From: Vitrella brassicaformis CCMP3155
Lineage: Eukaryota; Protista; Chromerida
Length of the DNA stretch: 64,000 bases
NCBI GenBank assembly: GCA_001179505.1
Contig: CDMY01000179.1
Span: forward strand, 112,911-176,910
Direction of reading: 5' to 3'
Under the pieces are notes generated by a model, which was not told the origin of the DNA, did no database searches, and saw nothing but the letters and a program-made list of their open reading frames with translations. Of this stretch, positions 37,215-48,970 are shown piece after piece (the first letter of the stretch is position 1; the number at the start of each line of letters is the position of its first letter). The position numbers and the translations under genes are program-made.

Positions 37215-39668
37215 ATGCTTCGCGATCATCTTAGCCGCCTTTGTACGAGGCCTGTGACCGCGTGCCGTCCGTATGCGACGACAAAACCAGCAGCGCATCC
37301 GCCTCATTCATCCGGCAGCCCCCCGCCCTCACTTCGAATCACTCAGGATTTCGCGACCTCTGCAGACGGCACTACAAGCATCATGCAGCGGCTTCACATT
37401 GCTGCCATTACTGATCCCTCGTGTTTTGACTCATCACCCGCATGGGCGGCTCGCTTGGAGGAGGTGTGTGGGCGCATTGATGAATTGTCTGAGGACGACT
37501 GCCTGCGGCTGTGGCGCATTCTGGTGGCTGTCGAGTGTGCGGATGCAGATCTGCTGCTGAAGGTGATCTCGGGTTCGGCGCATTGTCGTCACTGGGGAGG
37601 CTGGGAAGATGGCGATGTCGGCTCGATGTCGCGGTATCGTTCTGAGGCACTGCTGGTGGATGTTGTTCGCTACCTCGAGAAGGGACAGCTCTTCCTGCAG
37701 CCTGCTCGGGACGCTGCCATCTCTTTCGTGGCTCAACGAGCGTGGAGCACCTCTCATCTGTCGAGTGACGACGTTCTGATTTTTCTCAAGGAAAGCTGCC
37801 GCGCCCCTCTTACACCCGGTGCACTGGAAGGAGCAGCAGAGTGGGTTGCGGACCACGTACGGATGCTTCGGGCAGACCAGTTGCTGACGGCCGTGTCCCT
37901 CCTCCTTCCATCCATCAACGACCCAAGTCAGCATTCGGCCGTGCTGCCAGCTTTCCGGGCCATTGCCGAGGCAGTGGAGAGCCGCTTCAGCTCGCTCGAC
38001 CCACACACCCTTCTGCACATCATGGGCGGCTATGCGCTGGCCGGTGCGGGCAGCCCTGTGTCGTTCAAGCGGCTGCTTCGTCTGCTGGACCCTTCATTCG
38101 CCTCAATGGAGCTTCGGGACCTCTTTCTCTACCTCGTGTGCGTGGCAGCCGCGCCATCGGGCATATTGAGGGTGGGGAGTGCCGCCAAGGTGAAGAGGAG
38201 GCGACGGGCGGCCAGCAAGTCGATTATGGGGTATCTTGCGTTGCGTGAGAGGGAGGGGGCGCCGCAGCAGGTGGTCCGCTTCCCGCGGTTCGACCAGAGG
38301 GTGCTGCACTGCTGCCAGGCCGTGAGAGGCGACATCCTTGCCATGATGAGTGGGCGGACAGAGGGCCTGCCCGCGTCGCCCCTGCCTCTCCCATACTGCC
38401 TGCCCATTCTGCACACACTCGTCCGGTCGGCCATCGAGCGGGAGCTGGTCATGGTTGAGGCGCGGCCACTGATGCACGCTATTGCTGTGGCGCTGCTCAG
38501 TGACCCATCACAGCTGTCGGTGGCTGCTATTGGGGAGGCCACGGCTGGTCTGGCTTACCTCGGCTATGTGGGCAGCGCCGTGCAGCGGCGATATTACACC
38601 GTCATGCTCGAGCGTCTGCTGTTCGGTGACCAGGGGAGAGGGAGTGATGTAGAGGGTGCTGTGGAGAGGCTGCTGAGTGGCGACAAGCCAATGCCAGTGG
38701 CTTGCCAGAGTCTGTTCAGGGCCACATGGGCGGCAATGGTGGCCGAGTGTCATCTATCTGACGACCGGACCGCGGCTTCCCTCGCCACATCAGCGGCCCG
38801 AACACTCCTCTCATCCCCAGCTGTCGACACATCTCAATTGAGGGAGGCGCAGTGGGAGCCGTCTGCACAGCCATCCACCAGCAGCAGTGACGGCCCGCCC
38901 TTCAACCCCCTGTGGCCGGCTATGCCGACCTCTCAGCTGGCGAGGCAGGTGGCACTGATGGCCAAATGGGAAGTGGCTGGATGGACAGATGCGTGGGATC
39001 GGTGGATTGATCAAGGGGGCGACGAGCGGTTCATCTCGGGGCTGCGGAGGAGGGAGCACCAGCGGGTGGCGGCACTCCTGATGACCGCCATGGTGCAGCC
39101 CGACCGCCTTAAGACCCTCAGGCGCAAGAAGCGAGTGGGCAGCGACGTCGCTACGGATGGATGGATGGACACGGCCAACAGCCAGATTCGAGTCAAGGCC
39201 GTCAGTCCAGACGACCCCGCCTCGTCCCCCTGCCCATCGCCCTGCGACCTCATCCTTCAAGACACCGCCACTGGGGCAGCCCTGCTGGTCAGTGTGGTCG
39301 CCAAGAACGCCTCCGTGCTGTACCAGATGCGGCATGACCCCACCACCAACCTGCGAGTGCCACGGCGACAAATGGAGCACTGGTGGGGGGACGGTGCAGA
39401 TGGTGCAGATGGTGCGGATGATGCGGGTGGCAGTGGCGACTCACTTGCGTACATTGGTCTGAATGGTGTGGACATGGTGCGGTATCGGCTGGTGACTGCA
39501 TGGAATGAGGCTGTGCAGAGGGGCGGGATGGCAGATGGGGGAGAGGAGGGTGAGGCTGTGTGTCCTTGTCCTGCACTGAGTGTGGTGCTGCCTGTCGAGT
39601 GCCCTGAGAACGTGCTCAGAGAGACCGCTGAGACGTTGGTAAGACTGGTACCTCTGTGTGGACGCTAG
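37215..39668 (+). CDS. Intronless helical-repeat protein with a possible degenerate C-terminal RAP domain (organellar RNA-binding candidate)
   Basis: ORF of about 817 codons from the first ATG. Arg-rich, acid-poor N-terminus (MLRDHLSRLCTRPVTACRPYAT). Leu-rich helical body. C-terminal CDLIL..LLVSVV..LNGVDMVRYRLV resembles the RAP pattern (inference). Confidence 0.5.
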   Translation: MLRDHLSRLCTRPVTACRPYATTKPAAHPPHSSGSPPPSLRITQDFATSADGTTSIMQRLHIAAITDPSCFDSSPAWAARLEEVCGRIDELSEDDCLRLWRILVAVECADADLLLKVISGSAHCRHWGGWEDGDVGSMSRYRSEALLVDVVRYLEKGQLFLQPARDAAISFVAQRAWSTSHLSSDDVLIFLKESCRAPLTPGALEGAAEWVADHVRMLRADQLLTAVSLLLPSINDPSQHSAVLPAFRAIAEAVESRFSSLDPHTLLHIMGGYALAGAGSPVSFKRLLRLLDPSFASMELRDLFLYLVCVAAAPSGILRVGSAAKVKRRRRAASKSIMGYLALREREGAPQQVVRFPRFDQRVLHCCQAVRGDILAMMSGRTEGLPASPLPLPYCLPILHTLVRSAIERELVMVEARPLMHAIAVALLSDPSQLSVAAIGEATAGLAYLGYVGSAVQRRYYTVMLERLLFGDQGRGSDVEGAVERLLSGDKPMPVACQSLFRATWAAMVAECHLSDDRTAASLATSAARTLLSSPAVDTSQLREAQWEPSAQPSTSSSDGPPFNPLWPAMPTSQLARQVALMAKWEVAGWTDAWDRWIDQGGDERFISGLRRREHQRVAALLMTAMVQPDRLKTLRRKKRVGSDVATDGWMDTANSQIRVKAVSPDDPASSPCPSPCDLILQDTATGAALLVSVVAKNASVLYQMRHDPTTNLRVPRRQMEHWWGDGADGADGADDAGGSGDSLAYIGLNGVDMVRYRLVTAWNEAVQRGGMADGGEEGEAVCPCPALSVVLPVECPENVLRETAETLVRLVPLCGR

Positions 39669-39923
39669 AATGCTAGACTGATCGGTTGGTCGATGGATCG
39701 ACATATTGGCGTCAATCAACTGAAAAGGGAGGGAAGCGTTGGCCCTTGCCCGCGTGCCCGCGAAGCGATACACCACACGCACGCAGAGTGAATCCATCAC
39801 CCATCAACCAAACCCACATGGCGGGCGAGAAAAATGGCTGACGATCGGAAGGTCACTCACTACATTTCGTAGACTACAAACAGGCACCTCCCTTGCTGGG
39901 GCTCATACATACACGCCTGCCTG

Positions 39924-41148
39924 CTATAGGAAGTCGCTGTCAGGCTGGTCGGTGTCTCCGAAGTAGAGGTCCAGGGGATCTCCCTTGCCGGGGATATCCA
40001 CCACCAACATCTCATACTCTAAATGACACACACACGAGTCAGTTGCGACGCCGTCACCTTTCCGGCGTTCCCCTGCCTCTCCCACCCACCCGCCCGCCCG
40101 CCCACCTATTGGTGCATTTGGTGGGATTCGTGGTCGGCCTGGCGCAGGGGATCGACCTGAACACACAGACAGACACGAAGACATCCATCCTCCATGCTTG
40201 TCTGTCTGTCTGTCTGTCTGTCTGCCGTGTGGATGCCACCCGTCCATGTCATGGATGGCACACCCACCTTGCTGCCCAAATGCGAGGGCGCCAGGGACCT
40301 TGAGCTTCCACCTGCACACAAAACACACACACACACACACACACACACGCATCGATCAACAACCAGGCACGCCGCCCTCGCTCCCTCCTCCCTCTTCTCA
40401 CCTGTCGCCGACCCGCATCATGAGAAGTGCCTCCTCCAGCCCTGCCACCAGCTTGCCGCCTGCTGCCCGTGCATAGTAGGGCTCAGACGTCCGGAACAAA
40501 TCGTCTATCACAATATTCTGCACGCACACAACACAATACGAGCCGGTCCGGTCAGTGAGTGAGGTCAGGCCGGCAGAGGGCTGGATGCGCAGATACTTTG
40601 TATTGTCCTCTGAACCGGATGACGACCAGATCGCCCGCCTCGACCTTGGGGCCCTCCCCACTCTGACGAGCAGAACAACACACACCGACAGACACGCACA
40701 CTGCAGAGGATGGCATGCGTTCCGTCTTGTCATTCGTGTGTGTTCTGACCTTGAGCACAGAGTAAGCCAGCCCGCTGTCAGTCTCCTTCCAGTCTTCGCC
40801 ATCTGACAATCGGCACAGACCAATCATCACTCAAAGCCTGAAGATTGCGAATAAGGCTGGCTGCGATGAGTGACTGCAGTCACCAGCGAAAGCAGCGCCC
40901 CTGATGCCCAGCCCGCTCAGCAGCACACCGCCCAAGAGAGCCTCAGCCATCCTCCCCAGCTCCCGCCTCCGCGTCACATCGGCATCATTCTCGCGCAGTG
41001 CTTGGCTGACTGTCGGCCTTCTCAGTGCATTGCGATAGACAGATGTTGACTGCGGAGAGGGAGAGAGAGGGAGCCGAAAAGCAAAGGACGAAGACGGAAG
41101 CAATGAGAGGAGGATGAAGAGAACTGCTCGAGCGGCTGCAGGACTCAT
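39924..41148 (-). CDS. FKBP-type peptidyl-prolyl isomerase with plastid/thylakoid-type targeting (FKBP20-2-like)
   Basis: Spliced: TDSGLAYSVLKSGEGPKVEAGDLVVIRFRG..LVAGLEEALLMMRVGDRWKLKVPGALAFG..PGRPRIPPNAPIEYEMLVV. Presequence: signal peptide + SFAF + TRRRELG..LLGGVLL..GAAFA. Confidence 0.8.
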
Positions 41149-41190
41149 GGTTGAATGGGGAGATCTGCGCGTCCGCTCTTTCTCCGCGAG

Positions 41191-41202
41191 TGCGAGCTTA
41201 GC
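41191..41202 (-). promoter_or_regulatory. Candidate bidirectional-promoter motif (reverse GCTAAGCTCGCA)
   Basis: TGCGAGCTTAGC in the 77-bp interval between FKBP (ATG 41148) and the BTB-TLDc gene (ATG 41226). Confidence 0.55.
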
Positions 41203-41225
41203 CATGACGAACTTGAAGGAAGGCA

Positions 41226-43275
41226 ATGACGAGCAGAGGAGCCTTGGTGTCTGCAACAGGTTGTGAGTCGGCAGATCGGCTGATTCTCACCTCGCAGAAG
41301 TCGTTCGAGCAGATCATGCAGCAGTTTGAAGACGTGAAGACCAAGGCAGAAGGGGATGTGAAGGCCATCACGGGCGAGATCTTGGCAATGGTGGCAGCAC
41401 GGGGCGGTGTGTGGCAGCCCTTGGACACCAGCGGGGAGATGCATGTCAACGCAGGTGGGCGGCGGGTCCATGTGCACAGGACTCGCAGCCAGCCAGCCAG
41501 CCAGCCACATTCATTGATTCATCGCTGTGCTCTTTTTGTCTGTGCGCATTCGCAAACAACAAACAGGTGGCACCGTGTTTCCTGTCAGCCGCCGCGCCCT
41601 GCTGATGCCGGCCATGGTGCACAAGTACATCTCGGTTCTGCTGATGCACCACGCGGACGGCCTCCCAAGAGATGCCGACGGCCATGTCTATCTGGAGACC
41701 TCACCCGCACACTTCGAGGCATTTCTGGACGAGCTGACGCTCTATGAGACCGGCCGCACCGACACCGTCCAGCTGCCGGCATCCAAGGCCGACGATCCCG
41801 CTTACAACGAGTATCACGCCCTCTTCATGCGAGACATCGGCTACTACACGGCCACCCAGGTGCCCACAGGAGCTCACACCACACCCACCACACCGACGGA
41901 CGCCCCATCCGATGAGATACGGCAGCACACACAGGCCTGGGAAGCGTCCCTGCGTGCCCACGCGACGGCCGTCAAGCGACTTCGCGCGATGCGCGACGGC
42001 ATCGGGCGCTTCCTGGAGGCCATGGAGCCCTTCTTCGCCAGCCAGGACGAGAGCAACAATGAGATCCTGAGCCTGACGGTTCTCGGCCGCAGGGTGTCGG
42101 TGATGCGCAAGACGCTGATGCGGCTGGGACCTGACCACCCCCTGCTCACGCGCTTCTCCACGTAAGGGGCAGTGGCATGCATGCCCGGACGCAAAACGCT
42201 TGGATGGCTCGTGCTGTTGTGTTCAGGACTCCGCCCTGCTGGCAAGGCCGTCAGGTCGACAAGACACCGGCGCGGCACTTTGTCAGCATCGTAGACTTTG
42301 CCCGCCGCATCTCGACCATGTCAGGACAGCTCATCCGGCCTCCACTGATCGAGCAGGACAAGATGCGACACTTCGTTGAGGACACTGTAAGGGCAGACAG
42401 CAGTGACGATTTCACCCGGGAGCATCGTGTTGACGGTTGTTCATGTGTGTCAGGAGATGTATGGTCTCAAGCACGAGCCGTCGGTGCCCCGTCTGGACGA
42501 GGGCAACCTCATCATCAAGACGCAGAGCGAGATGGCCGAGGTGCTCGCGATGACGGGCAAAGACTCATGCACAGCCACAATCATATACAAGTCAGTCAGC
42601 TAACGCACAGAGAGACAGCTGTGAGAATGTGCCCTCAAAGGCTTTCTTGTTTGTATGGCTTGTGTCTTGTCCGGCAGGGGCAGCCGTGGCACGCAGCTGA
42701 CGTTGTACCCCAAGATGCTCGAGTGCGTGGCGGGCAAGAGCGGCCTGCTCTTCGCCATCAGGCAGGGCGACACTCACCGATTCGGGTGCTTCATCGACGG
42801 CGAGCTGACACCGCCCCAAGAACCCACACAGACGAGCGGCCTGTACAAGGTGCCCTTATTCTTCTTTTCGCTGTCCGGCGCCTACGACACACCGACCAAG
42901 ATCGAGCTGCCGAAGGACAAGCAGTATGTGGAGGTGGCCGGCACACAGGGGGCAGTGAAGGCCGCCAACATGGACAGGCGTGCCAACGTGGTCATCGGTT
43001 ACGGGCGTCTGTGGCTGGGGTACGCTAACCCGGGTCCGGCGGCCGACCTCAGCAGCTGCTGTCAGTGGATCAAGAGGGGCCACATGCCTGCATGCTACAA
43101 GGGGGAGACCAATAAGCGGGGCAACGGGACTCTCGCCGCTACGCACGATTTCACTTTCACTTTCGACGAAATGGAAATCTACCACGTTGAGACCGTCAGT
43201 TCGGCCACTGCAGTGGGGGGCAGGGCGGGCAAGCCCAGGGGACTCGTGGACTGGCTCTTCGGGGCATGCAAATAG
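41226..43275 (+). CDS. BTB/POZ (KCTD-like) plus TLDc domain protein
   Basis: EMHVNAGGTVFPVSRRALL..DADGHVYLETSPAHFEAFLD (BTB); a second BTB-like segment ILSLTVLGRRVSVMRKTL; LLFAIRQGDTHRFGCFID..LFFFSL..FTFDEMEIY (TLDc-like). Confidence 0.75.
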
Positions 43276-44227
43276 ACTGACTGACTGACTGCCGGACGGA
43301 CGGACGGGTGGATGGATGGATGGATGGCCTGCCTGCCACAAGGGGAGCGTAAAGAAAGGCCGGCGTTGGTATGTGTGTGTACGTGAGAGTCATGTGTGTC
43401 ATGTTGATGAAGGGGTTTTATGAAGGATCAGAGAGCAGATCACTTGCCGGTCGGTGGCGTATACCTCTGTGTGTCTGGCTGGTTGCATACTAGTTTTAAC
43501 AGATGGCATTTTCCTGGTGCTGTTCTGCCCCTTGCTTCTGTGTCTATATATTCATCGATGACACAGAGAGAGCGCGAGAGACTCTAACACGTTCGCGCGA
43601 GAAACAGACTCCTTCTCATTGAAACAGACTCGAGAATGGCCAGCAAGTAAATGAATGAGTCACCGAATGAGTGAATGAGTCATTCACTCTGAGACCTCTC
43701 TGCAGTACTGATGAATGAATGAATGAGTGAATGACTCAAAACGAGTGAATGAGCCATTGATTGAGTTATTGATTGAATAGATGATTGAATCACGCTGTCG
43801 AACCGTTCGACCTGGCTGCCACATACAACACATGTATGTGCGCAGGAGCACAACGGTGTGTAGACCCATTGTGCAACGTTGTGCAACGTTAACACACAGG
43901 AGAAAGAATTGACCATTCCGATCCTCCCCTCTACGAAACCACATGCATATACACACGGACACTATGGTATGTACAGGTAAGGTACATATGGCAGGTATGC
44001 TACCCGTATACATACATACATACATGTGCATGTATATATATGAACCCTTGGCGAATGAATGACGGAAACCACGTCCGCCTCCCCTGCCTTCCATTCAGGC
44101 ATGTGTAGGCCTAGGCTTACCCATGCTTTTAAGTATCAGAATTCCACCCGAAAACCGAAGGAGAGAAGTCCACGTGAGTCGCTATGTGTGATCGACAGAC
44201 AGCGGACACGGGTCAATCACCCTCCAT

Positions 44228-45586
44228 TTATCTGGTCGTCGCGGGGGGATGAGGCGGCTGTCGAGGGAGGCTCGGATGCTTGCAGCTGCATGCACGACAC
44301 ACACACGCACCCAGCACAGGTGAATCGCGCATCCCTATGTCTTTGTCGCGCGGTGTGTGCCTACGCGTTTCTTCAGCTCGTTGACTTCACAGCGAAAACT
44401 GAGAGCAGGCAGAAAGAGAGAGAGCAAGGCTCTTGTTCATGTGTGTGTTCGGTTCGCCCTGCCTGACTGTCTGCTGCGATCCTCACCTGGCGAGCTCAGC
44501 CTCTGCTTTGTCGAGCCGCTTGCGTAGTTGTTCGTCATCGTGCACTCTCTGCACACATGGATGGATGGATGGAGGGAGGGAGGGAGGGAGGGAGCACATG
44601 TGTCGATGGCCTTTGGCTGATGGGTCCTGACCCATTTGGCTTTGTGGTCGAGCTGACCTACGTCAGCCAGCAACTGCACACACAGAGGACAGGCACACAC
44701 ACAGCAAGCCATCCAGAGCCATCGGCTACGAGCGCCTGACACCGCTTACTTGCGAGAGTTCGCCGCTGTCGGCCAGGTCGGCCAATGCGTAGTCGTAGAC
44801 CTTGGGTCTGTACGACACGTCCAAATCTGACTCCCCCCCGCCGCACACACACAGACACACACACACAGACACACACACAGAGAGAGAAAGAGAGAGGCGT
44901 GTCTTGTCTGCCCACACTTATCTCGCTTTGTTACCTTTCTGTCGACACATCGACAGCATGAGCACATCTGCCACCCACACACGGATATCCCACACACAGA
45001 GATGGACAACCAAACAGTGAGTGAGTGGGTCCGTATGGATTGCCTACAGAGCCTAGTGAGCGCAGATTTCAGATTCTCGTCAGGAGGGGCCCCGGGGGGT
45101 CTGCAACCAACAACAGACACACAGATGCACGCAAAACAATTAAGGTTCTCAGATCAATCAATGCTGTCCACGTTTGTTTTCGACCTGCCCTCCATGAATT
45201 CAGCCAATGCGGCCTCCCCGTCGGCCACCCACTGCAGGAGCTCTTCATCAGTCGGAGGCGGCCCAACTTCCCCAGCCAGCCGCTCCTGGCACACACACAC
45301 ACACTCACAGACAGACTGCAGTGTGCTGAATTGTTCGCCCACTCACCGTTGCAGCTTCCAGGTGGGTGAATGGGGGGGTGAATGGGGCAACAGCGCTTTC
45401 GTCATGCGAGGTGGCTTGCAGAGGGTGGCGAGTCTGCCGCACCCTGAGGAGCCGTCCACTGGGTTCACGGCCGATGGCGCATTCATGGGCGGCTGCGGTA
45501 AGAAACGACGCAAGTTTGGCAGATGCAGAGGCTGCTGCTGCTGCCAAGAGGAGAGCGGCAAAGACGGCGTACGGGAAGAGGCACAT
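44228..45586 (-). CDS. Hypothetical protein with a signal peptide/bipartite-like presequence and a C-terminal coiled coil
   Basis: Eight phase-compatible exons: MCLFPYAVFAALLLAAAAASASAKLASF..ERLAGEVGPPPTDEELLQW..YDYALADLADSGELSQ..DDEQLRKRLDKAEAELA..LQASEPPSTAASSPATTR*. Confidence 0.6.
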
Positions 45587-45914
45587 CACTTGAGGCACAT
45601 ATCGTTGTTACGAGATCGCATGCCGCCCGTGAGTGAAGACGAGCACTGCAAGGGGAGATCCGCATTCAGTGACCGGGGAAGAGAGCGGTTTCACTCAATG
45701 ACAGACTGCTGTTGGTTCCGTCATTCATTTACTGTACAAATAATACAAGGCAGTCCACATAGAAAGCCTAACAATCACATTGTCTGTGCTCACTACCCAC
45801 ATCAATCAATCCATCAGCTCCACCCCAACGACACACACAAGCGACACACTCAAAACACGGCCTCTCGGCCGGTCTCCACGAACAAGGCCGGCTGCTGCAC
45901 TACAGATGTGTCAT

Positions 45915-47472
45915 TCATCGCTTGGTGGTGTCTGGTCTGTATGGGTTGGCCTCCATGACGTGGGCCCTCTTGTATCTGCTCAGCACCCTGCTGAAGTCGC
46001 CCTGGGCCTCTTCTTGTGCTTGTGCCGTCTCCTCCCTATCATGTGCCGCCCTCTTGGCCTCGTACTTTAGATACCTGCACACCCGAGAGAGGCGCACATA
46101 CAGCAATTCATCCATTCATCAACCGTCCATCCAGCAGCGGACGGTTGACAGCACTCACTTGAAGTAATTGAGGTTTGGGTACTTCTGCACCATGACCTTC
46201 AGGATGGCCTGTGCACGCCGATCGCGGAGCGTCATGTACCGCTCCGTCAACTTATCGGCCAAATACTGATGGATACATTGACGACACACACACACACACA
46301 CACACACATCGGCTCCTCCCTCGTGTGGCTGGCGGCTGGCTTATCCATCTCATCCATCTGACCACCGACCTGCAGTGGGTCCATGACGGGCATCATCTCT
46401 GCTGGCGTGGGTTTCCAGTCGTATGGCAGGACGGCCATCTGGCGGGCCTGCACGATGCTCCCGAAGATCGTCCGCTGCTGGCGACGGGTGGCGTGTGTGA
46501 TGCGCCGCGGCAAGATGAACCCATTCTCAGACACAAAGTGATGCAGCACGTCCACATCCCTCCAAGTCAGATATCTGCCGTGGTTGCGCAGGATGCGCCT
46601 CATGACGGGTGGAGGGTCCCAGAACTGCTCGTCGGTCTTGTGTGGGGTGGGGAAGGGGTCCACTGGCGGGCGGCCGCGGTTCCTCTCGGCACTGTAGGGG
46701 TCGTACATGCGGTACTGACGCATCAAACTCCGCCGGATGGCAATCCGCTGACGACGCGCCTCGGCCGCACCGACCTGTTGACACCACACCACACATGGAC
46801 ACACACACATAAATGGATAGTCGGCCCGCATTCTCCGTCCGTTCTGCCCCATTTACGTACCATTCTGGCATAGTCGTTGAACTCAGCGGCGACCTGCTCC
46901 TTTAGGTCGTCATTCTTGTGGAAGGGGTTCCAGTAGGGGTCGATGTAGTGGTTCTGGTGCTCCAGCCGGGGCGCCACCTCCCTCTCAGGGTCCACTCGCT
47001 GGAAGATCTTGCGGGTGATGTCCAGCTCCTCCATCGTCAGCTTGTTGATGGTGGGCGAGGGGCGCGTGTCGACGTCAGGGTCGTGCTGCAGCCGATGCCG
47101 CCGAATGCTGTCCAGGCACTCCTTGAACAGCGCATCAGCAGAGCCGAAGGGGCTCACCTTCTCCTCTTGCACACCGCCGCTCGGCTGTCGCTTCAGGTCT
47201 TCGAAGAGCTCATTGAAGGTGGGAGAGGCGCCCTCACCACCGCCCTTGCTCGCATCACCCTCCCTCGCTGCGCCACCGGCCGCTGCGGCATCTTGCTGTC
47301 CTTTTCGCACAGGATCTTTCGCTGCTGTTTCCATTGACTTGCCAGGCTCCACCACTCGCCTGCTCTGTGCCGTGGAAGACGGCCTCGATGGTCTTGATGA
47401 CGAGAAAAGGCGTGCGGAGAGATGGCGCGCCGCTGGAAAGCCCGGGATGAGTGAACGAGCGGGAAATGTCAT
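45915..47472 (-). CDS. Mitochondrial ribosomal protein of the S18 family with long N- and C-terminal extensions
   Basis: YLTWRDVDVLHHFVSENGFILPRRITHATRRQQRTIFGSIVQARQMAVLPY matches the bS18 signature. Arg/Ser-rich N-terminus; four exons. An upstream in-frame start at 47547 is possible. Confidence 0.8.
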
Positions 47473-47516
47473 GGGACACGGGGAAAGTGAGGCAGATAGA
47501 AACCTCCTCCGAGGCC

Positions 47517-47525
47517 AAGCTCGCA
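47517..47525 (+). promoter_or_regulatory. AAGCTCGCA core between the S18 gene and the Cys-rich gene
   Basis: Seen directly; lies upstream of ATG 47472 (minus) and ATG 47703 (plus). Confidence 0.45.
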
Positions 47526-47702
47526 CATGGCGCCTAGGGTGCCACATGAAACTTTGGGATCAGCGCATCCCGAGGGCGCCATTTCAACAGAACAGGTCGT
47601 ATCTGTAGATCCGAGTGCCTATTTTCTCGTCCCTGGTCACGAATCACCGAGAAACTCATCACTGTCCTCCTGCCAATCTCGCCGGCCCACCTTCCTACCT
47701 CT

Positions 47703-48410
47703 ATGGTGCCGCCGACTCAAGCCATACACAGCAACGTCAGCCGATGGCGATGTGCGAGGCGGCCGCGGCCTTCATCTTCCGCCTGCAGCATCTCTATCCT
47801 TCAGCTCTTGTCAGCGGCTGTCCTCTTGTCCACCAACGGACGGCACCTGGTGGATGCCGCAGCAGCAGCTGCATCGCCGTATGGTTATCGGGCTTCTGCT
47901 TTCGCTCCAGTTGTCCGGCCGCCATCGCCTCGTCGCGACCAATCGATGATCTGTCTGCAGAGGGCCCGCAGAGCCTTTCGAGATGATGCTCTTCATCGGC
48001 GCTCAGTCTGGTCATTTTGGGGGGAGAGGGAAAGCCATCTTCAAGCGAGGAGGAGGTCTGTCAACGATCCCAACGTCAGCAGGAGGGACGCGCCCTTACT
48101 GCCTCTCATCAGTGCTATTGCGGCGGCATCCTGGCAGCTAGCTGTGAGCATATCGGCGAGTGCGGCGGAGGGTGGCGAGGGAGAGAAGCGGCTGTGGATC
48201 AGCGGCAAGAGCACCGAGCCGAAGAAGGACCCCAAGGCGCGCGAGGGCACGAAGCGCGACCCCAAGTTCCTCAAGTGTCTGAGTCAGTGTTTGAGTGAGT
48301 GCAAGAAGCCGGGCAGCTATGGCTACTCGAAGAGCGAAGATGAGTGCCTCGAGGACTGCCGCGATGAGTGCTGCTTCACGTACGAGCAGTGCTCGTACGC
48401 AATACGTTGA
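47703..48410 (+). CDS. Intronless Cys-rich protein with a tripartite-like plastid/thylakoid presequence
   Basis: Hydrophobic ILQLLSAAVLLS, RASAFAP, SRRDA..hydrophobic..ASA. Mature part KCLSQCLSECKK..ECLEDCRDECCFTYEQC has 8 Cys. Confidence 0.65.
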   Translation: MVPPTQAIHSNVSRWRCARRPRPSSSACSISILQLLSAAVLLSTNGRHLVDAAAAAASPYGYRASAFAPVVRPPSPRRDQSMICLQRARRAFRDDALHRRSVWSFWGERESHLQARRRSVNDPNVSRRDAPLLPLISAIAAASWQLAVSISASAAEGGEGEKRLWISGKSTEPKKDPKAREGTKRDPKFLKCLSQCLSECKKPGSYGYSKSEDECLEDCRDECCFTYEQCSYAIR

Positions 48411-48970
48411 TGGATGGTCAGGCAGGGATGTCTGTATGGTGCGTGTGGTGTGGGTGTGGGTAAGGAAGGGTTCGCTCATGTGTGGAGGCATTAGAGACGC
48501 AGTGGTATGATAGGTCAACTGCTGGTGAATGGACCGATTCAGAGTTCACCACACGACACATGGTCCATGGCCAGTTGCACACACATAGATGAGTCGAGGA
48601 ATGCACTCAGAGGGTAGCCACCAACGTCGCCATCAAGGCAGGTCTGTCAAGAGTAGATATCATTTATCCACATCACGCCACAAACGCAGCTATCGCGTGA
48701 TCTTGACTGACTGACTCGTGCGATCCATCTGTCTCTTCTTGCAGTCATGCCTCTCCCGTCAGTCACATCTCTTCACTAGGCTCGCATGCAACAGCCATCC
48801 TTCTTCGCATCCTCCTTCCACGCCACCCGCAACACGGGAAACGTCTGTCTTGTCCACAAGCTCAAGCCCTGTCCATCATCACACAAGAGGGCGAGAGAGA
48901 CAGGGCGTGAGCGCAATGATGGGTGTGGCCCTTCCCCTCCCCCCTCTCACCCGCTCGAAGATCGGTCAGA

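Noticed and set aside
43660-43890. Short palindrome GAGTGAATGA-G-TCATTCACTC and TGTGCAACGT direct repeats
   Set aside because: Built from local TGAA/GAGT simple repeats between convergent 3' ends; likely a chance product.
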